From Acanthaster planci (taxonomy: Eukaryota), in NCBI RefSeq assembly GCF_001949145.1, contig NW_019091362.1, positions 2,115,838 through 2,179,837 of the forward strand: DNA of 64,000 bases, in the 5' to 3' direction. This document shows, in pieces, positions 14,801 to 27,100 of the stretch. The translations under genes and the position numbers were made by a program. How positions within the stretch are numbered: position 1 is the first letter of the stretch; each line of letters opens with the position of its first letter. Below the pieces are notes generated by a model. The model was not told the DNA's origin. It saw nothing but the letters and a program-made list of their open reading frames with translations, and did no database searches.

Positions 14801-15815
14801 TTTTGGTAGGTTGTGACTTTAGGTTGCTGTGAATTCTTTGAATTCAGAGCAGAGCTACAATTGTGATTAAAGCAGCCACTATCTTTGTTGAAATACATTC
14901 CTCTTGTGTCGCCTTCCGTTTATTCGGAGGCTTCTTTGCATAATGCAGGGCATGTATATTACGGCTAAAGATTCCGGATATCGTAGTTCCACTTTTCCAG
15001 AAGGTCACACATGTTTCCCTCATCGAGGCAAGCGCCATCCAGTCTCACAATGTTTTACAGGTTAAAAATACGAAACGTGGTGCATACAAGAAGCACACTG
15101 GAGTAACGTTGCAGCTGTTAGAAATGTCTCTATGCACTTTTCGGGCAATGTATTTCTAGTCGTGATTGATGCAACTGGGTCGTGGTTTTTAAGAATAAAC
15201 GGTTTGAAATCAATATTGTAAAGGTTGTAGCCTGAATGTCCTGCGTTCTTGTGCGAGCATTTTGTGTCAGTTGGCAAATTAGACATGCTGTTTGGCTAAT
15301 AGGCTAAGTTCGTGAGAAAAAGGTCATTTTCTTCAGCCAAAGACCGGCTGAACTAATACATCAACACCCTTTCTGTGCTTCACCGTAAAAGACTTCACCA
15401 CGAGCCGTCTCCACTTACAATTCTTGCCAATATTCCTCGTCGCACTATAAATCGTGAAGTTGGACAAAAATGACACCAATGCTGGCCATTTGGCAGCAAT
15501 AAACTGCACGTGCAAGTCGTTAGGAAGGAAAATAACACCGTTCGTAAAAATAGAACAGCGCCCGTGATATCCGCTTCTGTGGTGTTAGCCCAAACGAAGG
15601 AGCCGTAGAATTGTCACTGGAACAGCAAGCAGCGCAATAAACCTTGCAATAAAGGAGGATGTTCATTTTTTGACGTAAGTAACGAGGTCTTACCCGATGT
15701 CATTTAAAACCTATGCATCCTTTACCCTTGGTTCTTGTTTAACCTTGGATGTCAAAATGTGGCAGAAACAAATGACAATGTAACAGTTTGTCACTCCTCC
15801 TTTGCGGATGTTGCC

Positions 15816-15874
15816 TTAACCCTAACCCTTCTCAATCCTTCACCTGTTGGAGGAATGAGGAGGGTTAGGGTTAA
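15816..15874. repeat. 59-bp hairpin with TTAA-CCCT...AGGG-TTAA ends
   Basis: ttaaccctaacccttctcaatccttca / tggaggaatgaggagggttagggttaa, 24/27 matched, 5-nt loop. Confidence 0.7.
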
Positions 15875-18011
15875 TGATGGTAGGTATGAAATGAATACAT
15901 GCAGGACGTATAATGCACGGTTTCTGGGATCTTAAATGTGGTTGGCTCTGAAACAATGTTTGTTTTAAGTTCAACAACCGCTAGTATACTGCTGTTGTAG
16001 CTACAACCATCCGTATTAATGTTTTTCTGTATCTAGTACAACTGAAATTGGATTTCAATAGACATGAAAGTACCATTAAATATGGAAAACCCCTTTTTTT
16101 TTAGATCTGTCAAATTCAAGGAGCTCGTCCAAAATAGGCAGTTCACCTTTTTTCCTCGGTGAAATAGAAAGGTAATCTGATTAAATGGCCACGGTATACA
16201 GCAAACTGTATTTTGGAGATGGGCGAGAAATCCCTTGTTAAATCAACTTCCAAATTCATCCGTCATCTTGAGGCAGCGACCGGCTGTTATTGTTGGGTTC
16301 TCTGTAGACTGGCTCGGTCTTCCTGTATGAAGCAATCCCGTATCCGAGCAATCAGCACAAATGCTCATAGGTATATATCTAATCAGATAGACTCATGGTG
16401 CGCCCGAGAGCGAACATTGGCCAAACGTACGGTATACACCCTGTCGATTCACATCAGCAATTAAAAACTATCTATTCTTCGTCAGCATATGCCCCTTTGA
16501 GAGGGTTTCAATTTTTCCCCTACCAGATCAGTGGAACAAGAGATAAATTTCTTCGGTCTTCGTGCCGGGCGATAATCTTGCTCTGTCAAAATCGGTTAGA
16601 TTGGCAAGTGACTGTGGATAACAGGCAGTTAAATATCAGGAGCGTCATCGGTAGACGCCTCTAGATTTATTTGACGCCAAAAGATTACGGACGAGGCCCT
16701 ATGTTTAAAGTTCTGTCGCGCCGTTTAATTTTGCCAAGGTCCACTTTTGACAACGCCAACATAAGTCAAGAAGTAATTCAATTATGCACAACGAAAATAT
16801 AGACTGATTGTTATCGTAAACGATTTCGGAATAAATTGTTTGTACCCCGGTGGTATTACTTATCAGGGTCATGCATTGGAATCAAATTGTTTGAGGTTAT
16901 CACTCCTGAAGCTTTGTTAAAAGTGATAACCCATCAGCCGGCTCAAACAGCCGACACAAAGACGGTTGTTTTTATTAGGTCAGCGAGCTTATTATACAGC
17001 GACCCAAATGATACACAGGTGGTATTCTCTGCTAAGCCCTATTGGCTCAATGATGGCGTTAGGAGACGTGCGGGGCGACTTCAGGTGTGCTGTCTGCCCG
17101 ATTCCCCTCAAAACAGCGAAGGGAATCAAGCTGCCGTGATATGAAGTTACACTCGTCCGTGTCCGACGAAGCCGAAATCTGGCAACGGCCTTCCGCCTTG
17201 AGCGTTTCAAAACACGCGAGCAATAAGCCAAGAGTTTTAAGTTTCTTAAACGTGTTTCCCCCGCCCTGAGCGTTAGCACATGCTAGTCCAAATCAAAATG
17301 GGGGCAACGACAAACATGTAAAAAAAAATCCGTGGAAGGTGTGATTCAATTTTAGTATATGTGCAGGTGAAGCCAGCAGATATCCTTATCAATACAGCCA
17401 AACAGACTACAACAATAAGGACACTTTCCTTGATATGATATTTTTACAATAAAAGATGAATCAATTAATAAATCCCTCTTTACGTTCCATTGCATGCAGC
17501 AGATGCCTTACTGTACGTTAACATTTTTCAGAATTGCACGACACATGTGCCTCAACGTTAAAAAGGGCATGCGCAGAGCCCAAATACTCACCAGCAGTTA
17601 AGATACCTTTGGTTATACATTAACGTAAATGGGCATATTGGTGAGCTTATAGAATGTACTTTTCAGGGTCAATAGATGAAATTCTAGTTAGTTATACTCC
17701 AAGGTCAAATAAATTTATTATGCTGTGATTGTTTCCTTCTTTATGTGCCTACAGAAAGTGCGTCAACGAGTGGAGACTTCCAGCTATGAGTACCATATTG
17801 AGCCCAACTAATGTGTTAAGCCGCTAACCAAATTTAAAGCTCAGATAAACCGTGGATACTAAAAACAAATCTACGAATGGCTGAAGGCACTTCTGGTGGT
17901 AACTGATTGGGCGCTGATTTGTCCAAAGAGCGACGACCGGAACGAGGAGAAAACTGTTTATTATTGTACACAAATACTGTTGTGAAGCTTACCTTTGGAA
18001 AATTAGAAAGA

Positions 18012-18185
18012 ATGACAAGTATGGCTACCACTTCCACCTATGACCAACTGATGAACTATTCAAGTAAAGGTGACACATCAGTTATGGCTCATCCAGGAAG
18101 GGTGAATTCGTCTACAGAGGGCGCCCTCAACACCACAATGGAAAATGCCTTTGCTGACGGGGAGAACAGATACCTGTTTTATAAG
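18012..18185 (+). CDS. NPSR1-like: NPS-type receptor coding exon 1 (N-terminus, N-glycosylation sequons NYS, NSS, NTT)
   Basis: First ATG after the in-frame TGA at 17904; MTSMATTSTY...RYLFYK then AAG|gtaaga donor, phase 0. The start could instead be the ATG at 18021. Confidence 0.8.
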
Positions 18186-21100
18186 GTAAGATGCGTTAAC
18201 TCGTGCGGTAAGATACGTTAACTCGTGCATTCACATTGTCCGAGAATAAACAAGTTGTCAAACAAAGAGGAAGGGAGGTTGTTTTTTTTCACTGAGAGAA
18301 GGTTTCCTTAGCTGATCAGCAATATCTCGTCATGATTTCAAGACAGACTCAAAGTTTTCCCCGACCAATCATCTCGGGCCATATCATTGGAGGTATTCGC
18401 CGTCGATTAGTACCAAAAAGCTGCGATTGGAATCGTGAAAAGTGGCATATCCTCGGGCGATGAAGGGAGACAAGCGCTGGTTCCCGCGAATGACCTTCAA
18501 GTCAACTACTTTTTTGTTTGTTTGTTTGTTTCCATACAGGATTTCCAACTAATTCTCCTGTGGGTCCTGCTTGCATTGATACTCCTTGGAAACTCTACGG
18601 TGCTCTTGGCCCTGTACGTTATCAGGCACAAAAAGTCAAGACTCAATTTCTTTGTTGCTCACCTGGCTCTCGCAGGTAGATCTGCCCATTCAAAACATCA
18701 GTTGATGGGCGCAGTCGGATGATCTCTGCTCTCGGTGATCTCATAAAATTCCCCGACTTTGATTCTCCTTTTCCCCTGAATGGGCCTGTTTGCTTCACAG
18801 GGATCTGGATCATGATCAGTGATACGTCGCTGGTTCACTGACGCTAAACCCGCCTAATGGGTGTAGCAAACCAGCGTTGGGAAGACTGATCGAGATCCAG
18901 GTCCGTGTGAAACACACAGGCCCAAGTAAAATGTAATCTACAGATTTCGGTTGGATCAATGAATTTCGTATTAGGGTTGATCGATGGTGCAACGCGATCT
19001 AGCGATTGCGCAGATCACCGATTGCGCCCAGCATCATATTACTGAACATTTTGTTCTGTTGCAGTGATGTTGTTTCTTTTACTTTGTATGATTACTCATT
19101 AAAATGCAACAACTATCAAACTCTTAGGCCAATATCTGCCAAGTCTAGAGAGAGTCTTTCACGACTCTATCGTGCAACTGATTAGGTCAAAGGTCACAAG
19201 CGATCATTTTATTGAAAACCTGATTATCTTACGCTTTTCATTGGATAAACCCCAAAGACAAGTTGGATTTCGTCTTTGGAATCACTAGACAAACCCTCGG
19301 AATGTCAACATGATTGGGTCATAGTTCACACTCTAAAATTTGCGTTCAACAACTGAGCACAATTATCTTGCCCTCGCTTTGTAAAAATGTTCAGTGCTAA
19401 ATATTATATATATATTATACGTTCAATTCCTCAACTTTTCATAGTTCAGCACTGCCCATCAATTCCTTAAGAAGTTTAGTATTTTAACGTGTTTATAAAC
19501 TGATTGCAAGAAATTGTTGAAGATAGTGGAGTAGAAGTCACCAAGTTTCATAGATAGAAACCAGGCTTCTAATTTTCCCACTTTCTAACAGGATAAGACT
19601 ACAAGAGGCCACAAATATCCCTTGCCACTGTTAACTATGGGTTTGAAGATTTCACGTCATCAGTGACTGCAATAAAGCCTCGTGCTTCTCCGCAAGTTTG
19701 TGTGTGTTGTACACTGGTGCATTCCTAATATTCACTGGCACAAATCGATCGACATTTACCAAGCAGCCATCACTGACACTGTTTAATATTTGTAACGTGC
19801 TTCCTAGACCACTATCTACTCTAGTTTTACTGCTGTTCAATTGTAGTTTATACCACTCAATTTATGGAACTCATATTGAACAACAGTCATGATAATCACA
19901 TCAACTAATTCACACTCACTCAGCAACAGAACATTTTGGGATTTTGGGTGGCTGAAGCAGGAATCATTTAGAAATCAAGCAAAGAATATATTGTTTCCAA
20001 TACCCAAAGGCATCAGCTTCTATTTCCACGTATATTTCAACACCCGTGCTAGCATATATAGATTCTAGACTTCCCTACATGAAATGTACAGCATACTGTT
20101 GAAGCTAACTCTGGTTTTGCATTTTTTTTAAAACGATGGTAGCTCTAGATTTTTAACAACTATTTGAATACAATCCTCAGATTTGTTGGTGGGCGTTATC
20201 AATGCTGGGTTTGAGATCCTGTACAGATACATGGGCGAATTTCAAGCTGGGACAGTGTTCTGCAAGATTATACGCTATCTACAGGTAAGGCCACGCAATT
20301 TTCCAGTTCTAATATTATCGAATAGGCTATCTGTCGATAAAATGCGATTTTATCAAGTAACTTAAAAACATTCTGTGAGGATTGTCTTAGTGCCAAACAC
20401 TTTTGGACGTGAATCATTAGGACTGAGTTAAGATACTGAAATGTATTGATCAATCAGCTTCCATGATGAGCAGGTAATCTCTGAAGATCGGAAGACAAAA
20501 AAGGAACTAATTTTAACTTTTCTTAATTGCTCACGCAGTTTTGTCCCTCCAAATGCAACCTAAACGTAATCTTCATTTTCTACCAATATTCAGGCATCAT
20601 TAATTTGGTGTCTAATTAAAGTTAAGAGTGTATTCTACTTATTCTTGGAAAAAATTCCTTTTAAGCTATGTTGTGTAGCGGAGATATGTAACACAACTCA
20701 GCTTTGTTCTGTCTACTGGATTTTTGCCCTTAGAACTTTTTGATTTAATGGCAGTTTAAAGAGTTTATCTTGCATGTGTATGCAACCACTTAAATATTTG
20801 ATTAACACACAACTGTTTTTGTTCCTTTACTCTTCGCAATTTCTTACTAGTTCTAAACTTAATGAAAACTGATGCCTTTTTCAGAAGGCATTTAGTGTAA
20901 AGGCCGGTTCATACTACAAGCGAACATAAAAGCCAAGCGACTCTAACGTCACGAAAGATTTGCAGCGAAAATTTTGCTCGTTTTTAAATCTGTTCAATTT
21001 TTGCAAATTCACTGTAAACTTGGCATCGGATTTAAACGAAGTCACCATTTCTGCAAAGATTACTCAGCTCCAGTCTGATACATGAAACAACTATTTCTGA

Positions 21101-24100
21101 CAATTAGTTTCGAAGAAATAATATTACGAATGTGTTGCTTTTTTGTTGGGGGGTGGGAACAATCTGTAAACGCGGTGCGTGAGACTGCCTTGGAATAGAG
21201 GTGCATTGCTGATGGTCGCTATTTCTTCTCTACTACAGGCGTTCGTAATCAATGCTTCTTCCTTTCAACTTGTCGCACTAAGCTTGGACCGATTTTTTGC
21301 CATAGTGTTCCCCATGGACTTTTCTGGAAGCGGTATGTTTTCAAACACTCAATCAGCAAGCCCTTGTCTTCTGTGCAGTGCAGAAGTCACGTTTGTAATG
21401 GCAATCCCAGTTTCACTGTAACCACTGTTAGGATTGTGCTTCGCGAACCGTTGTTTCTTTTAACAGTATTGTAAACCAAATGCATTTTGGAACCAGGGCA
21501 TTGCATCAAAATATCGAGCATAGAAAAGTTCACATGAAGCCAACTATGGGACAGAGAGGACAACCCCCCTGCCTTTTTGTTGGTCATTGTTATACTGGTA
21601 TCTCAGGAATTCTTTTCAGACATCTATGGGGGGGGATGTGTTAAGTAACAATAGGCTGGAGTGTGTATAGGGATTGGAGTTGTTGGAGGGTGTACCCCTC
21701 TGTCCCATTTCGTGCCTGGTATAACAGATAATGACTTTATTTTCATCATATTTTAAATTCAAAGTCCATCAAAATTTATATTATAGAGCAAACCCTGATC
21801 TTAATAACAACATGTTGTTCATAGTAATAATGTTTTGAGGTTACATAGAGATAACTGATAGAGTGGACATATAAGGTTTTTCAACACTATAGTTTGCCCA
21901 TGGCATTGTGTTTAAGCTCGTTAATAGTATCAAACTTGTCATTACATGGAAATACGGGAGTAAATGATGGGTGAAAACAATGGGTCAACCTGAAACCATA
22001 AAAGATTTATCCCTTTGGCCTATAAGAAAAACGCATCATTTTTCCATTGTAATGGTACCTGCATACGAGATATAACAGATCAGCACTAATTTCTCTCTCA
22101 GTCTAAGCAGACAAAAATACCAAGATAATGTAAAGTCATCCCTCAAATTTCTTGTTACGGTGTGCCACACAAGACACCAAGGGCCGGATTATCCAGGCTC
22201 TGCACCAAAGACCCACGAACAATTCGGGGTCTACGAAGATTGTAGGACCTACGAAGATACCACAGTGTGTTTCTCTGTTTGGATTTGGGAAAGTCTTCAG
22301 ACTAGTTCGAAATGCGCCGCTGCAGTGCTTCCCAGTGCTTTCAAACCGATGTTGGTCCCTGTGGCCAAGTGAGGCCTGTGAAACACCGGCGCCTAGGGCC
22401 TAGGGAACTTTCAATCTTGCCCTGACGACACCCCTTTGTGAATATTTTATGCCTGTGCAGGCAAGCGGGCCAACCTTATGGCGGCCACAGCGTGGATTGC
22501 ACCTTTCTTCGTCTCCATTCCATCAGCCATAGTCTTCGAAGCAAAAAATGATACCCGAGGACAGACTCACTGCTTCCCTACCGTCCTTCAGCCGGAATCT
22601 TGGCAATATAAGGTACAATACCACACGACAAGTACGTCCTAGCCAATCTACAGCCTTACCCAAATGTCAGCATTAAATTATCACAAAGTGGTGCCGAACA
22701 CTTTAACTGTGACACTCATATCATTTTTTCATTAGAAAGAAAGTAGGCGATTTAAAACATATATATAAAGCCAGGTAGGAGCCTGCTGGGGAGATAATAG
22801 ACGTTTGTATTCCCAATTATAAATGCCCTATTTTCGTTTAAAAGTAAACTCAAAGTCGAAAATCATTGCTTCATTATTGATCAGTGTTTTCAATATAATA
22901 TTTGTCCCTTTTACGGAATGTCTCAAGCGTCATTATTGTTTCATGGCCACGATGCATTTCCTTGCATCGATGTCATTTCAGATTGCATATGAGCAAAGTT
23001 TCCTACTGGCTCAGCGAAACATTTTCGTCTCCGTTCGACCGTCATTCTACAATGAAGACCGTGACTTGTTTATAATATTGCAATTTTCATAAATAATATC
23101 ATAATAATATTTGTAATTTCCAGTAATGAATGTAGAAGTTAGGTTTGCTTGCACCTAAGAACGCATTCTTGAAAACAAGGAATATGCCTAAATCAATCTT
23201 ATCTGCTTTGTTTTAGCTACTTACCTCATCAGTTTAATGTGCTAAGTCCTCCACATGGCAACCATTCCTGTCAATGCACATCTGACATCTTCGTAACATG
23301 TCCCTTACTGCTCGTCTGATCATTTCAATGTCTTGACGGAGATTATTGACTTCTTCCACTATTCTTGCACGTTAACTCCTGAACATGAGCTGAGGGTGTA
23401 GTGAAAATCAGATAAGATTGATTTAGGTACATTCCTTGTTTTCAAGAATGCGTTCTTAAAGCAAAGGCATTTGGTATTCTGCACACTTGCATGGTCTGGC
23501 CTTGTTAATCACATACGCAAACTTGTCACAGTGCCGATTTCAGTACCCTTAACATCGGTCTAGTTTGTTCACTCATCTGTGTCAATAACATCACAAGCTG
23601 TATACCATTGCAAAGAGGACCTTCTGCCCTTTCTAGAGATATATTTCGCTTTCTATAAAGCAGTTTTGCTATTACAGTAATTTTTATCTCGGTATTTTAA
23701 AAAAAAATTACGGTAGTAATTTTTATTTCGGTATACTTTTTTATGTGGACACCCTGTACATGTATATGATCTATCCGTCGTCAGGAGACTGCAGAGGTTT
23801 ATCGAACATGGGGAAGGTACCCATGTTCAATGCTGGCGATTAGTTCATCTTGGCTTCAGTCGATCTGGTGGTCTTCAGTCTGGGGGTGCTTGATGATGGC
23901 CAACTTGTCGATTTCCTTCTACTTTTGGGCTCTGTGTGCTTAGTAGTAAGGAGGTCCCTGCCAGTCTCGCCGATGTACACTTTGCCGCATTGACACTGTG
24001 GGATCCTGTACATCCCTTGCTTGTGCTGTGGATTGGGCCGGTCCTTTTTGGAGGTCAGCAGGTTCAGCACCTTTCGGGGGCTGTATGGTACACTCGAAGA

Positions 24101-27100
24101 CCATGATTTTTGGAGGATGCACTGGATTGTTATTTATTTATTATTAATTTCTGACCATGTCAAGGGTCGTGAACAAGACCTCGGGGTCATTCTAAAATCA
24201 CTCCCCGGATAAAATTAAAACACTGTACATATGCGAAAAGCTAAAACAACTAAAACTTGTTGCACTACGGGCAAAACAATAACACAGTTACATTTAAAAC
24301 AAAAAATTAACTAAAACATAGACCACTAGAACAAATTAAAACACTTAAAACAATAAAGATTAATGACAATAAGAGAAGCAACAATTAACTGAAAAGGTTA
24401 GCAGAAGAAAATAAAAAGGTGTTAAAACATATTGAATGTAAAAATCCAAGCAGTAATAAAATACATAACATATCAGTAAGATGAATTTAAGCAAAAGAAT
24501 AAAAACAAGAGTTTCTATGTCTGTCTGCAACAGAACATCGGGCTTTTCCGCATTTTTAAGTTTGAGAAAAATGCAATCATTGTGCATGCACGTTTGTCAG
24601 TGGAGAGGTAAACGAAATAAAAACGATGAGATATGCGGAAAAATATGAGTAAAAACTGTACCTGATGATATCATTATGGCGTCCTTTCAGTTTCACATAT
24701 GATACATCCCAGTCTACCTACATACAAGAATTAATGGAATGGGATCTCATTTTTCATAGAAAAATATAAAATATTCCCCCTTGAAGATGACACTTATAAT
24801 GACACCTTTAAAATGATGCCATATATGCCCATAATCAGGACGCGACCTTTAATTTAAACTCACAGACCTCATTGTTCCTACATTGGTCTCAAAATTCTTT
24901 AGATGTAAGACATTTACAGTATACGCCTTTCAGATGTGTTTCTCGACCTCTAGTGGCCCTATCCTATCATTTCTTGAAATCTCATCTATTACATCCTCAG
25001 TTATATGCATACAGAAATTAAATCAAATCAGACTCAAAAATCTCTAGTTATGGGACATGAAGTTGTATCCCTTTAAGATGATGTCATGTGACGTCTTAAC
25101 GTAACCTTGCTAATCACGTAAAATACGTCCCCGTCCACAGACATGTAAAAAATTTAACAGAATAGGACTCAAACGTCCTGCAGCTATTAACAAAACTTTC
25201 ATTAATAACGAATTCTACTTTAAGAATACCGAGTTGGACATCTGGCTCTAGAGATACTGGCCTGCAAGCATAGAGCTTTTTAGGAGTGTCACGTGACTTT
25301 GGTTGTTGCCGTGGCCACATCAACTCTTCCTAAGAAAGGTCACTTCTTTTTTTGTCACGCCTAATGGCCAATCCTTTGTGTAGCATGCTGATGGTGAAAG
25401 ATTGGAAAATGACAAGGTCGCCCCTGTCAAACTGTCTTCATAAATATTAAAATGTAATAATACACGACCTAATGAAGTCATTATGATATCACTTCACAAT
25501 CATCTGAAACGAAAGTTCTGTGAACCTTATGAATTTCATGGTAATCGTTTCATGCTTAAACAATTTTATTTGCTCAGAATATGCTTTGAAACAATGGTTA
25601 AATGTGACCAATTTATCATCGTGGCATTAACCCAAATTTCATATAACACAACGCTCGTTGGGTCCATTAATTTTGAAGATTTATTGATCTGAAGATATGC
25701 CTACTGGCTCACAAAGGATTCAACTTTGCAGGCATCTTATATAACCTCAGATGACGTCTCATCTCATCACTGTTGTCAGAGAATTTTAAAAAGTCATTCC
25801 TTCAAGAGATTTATCAAAAGAAGTGAACTGGGACATTTAAAGAAAACATGGCAGTACGTTTTGTTTAAAGAGAGTGCTCCATTTTGATCGAGCTCTTACT
25901 ATATATGAATAGAAATTTGTGCACAAGAGGTAGTCCCTTCTCAGCCTGAAAAGGAGGGTAAAGTGCAAATTCATATGATGGGGGTTTCAGTTAACAAATA
26001 TGACACTGTTCTTTTTTTAATTACCAACATGTTGGAAACTACTATGAAATTTGGCCACAAGGAATATGTAAAAAAATCATTCTGAGAATATTCAGTGAGG
26101 TTTTTAAACGTTCCTGAAATTCAAAAGTGGATGCTTGAGATCGTTTTCATGCTGAAGTCGAACAAAACAAGACTAAATTAAATTACAGATAATAAACAGG
26201 GAATATGTTTGCCCTTCACACAGCCTTAGAAGGTGTAAGCATCTTTAGATAATTTATTGAAAAACACCTGTATTTGCCAAACAGGAAGGATGCTTATAGT
26301 CACCGTAGCTTTCGCTGGGGATCTCTTTATATTTAATTCTTGCAGTGACGCTCATGAACAACATGGCCTAAATTGGATTTTCTTAATCACAATGTAGCAT
26401 TTCAAAGTTCAATATTTCTTACAGCTATGTGTATTTTGCCAACAGAGTGTAAACAGTATGAACATGCATACCAACAGCAAAATGAAACAAGGACCACTGC
26501 ACTTTCCACTTTTTCAGCCTGAGACACTCGTGACCAGCATTTGTTAAGTGGGATTCTCTTTTGATAGGCTGAAATGCAATCAATATTAAAGTCCATCATT
26601 TAAGACCTGCTATCCCAGTGGCTGCTATAGTGTTATCAATACATGTAATCCATTCAAAAACATTATATAAATGTGTATTTGTTAAGTGTTAATGCTACAA
26701 GGAGCGCATTCATTGGTGAAAGGTATTTTCAGGTGCTGCACAGCAACTTTGTCACTGGAAAATTCTCTCAGACAAAAAGGAATAATGTTTTTAAGAGCCA
26801 TTCATAAGCGGTAATGTTACAAAAAATGGAGGATAAGGCCATGCAGACCGGTAAATATTCTTAAATGTGATCTGTAATCCGAACCATCAGTCGATCTTTG
26901 AGCAATCTTTTAATTAGAAAATGCCCATAATTCTGTCATAAGCATATTTCCTTCTCCTTTTTGTTGTAGAAGATATAAAAAACTGATATCAACTGATAGC
27001 ACAAAAACATCATTAACTGTGCTCAACATGTAACTGACATTACCGTAACAGACACTATTTCAAGCACCACTGACCAACATTTTTCTATAAAATGGGTGAA

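Noticed and set aside
23765..23795. CTGACGA on the minus strand at the end of the Penelope-like fragment
   Set aside because: Penelope-like elements often carry hammerheads, but no closing stem II or GAAA is present.
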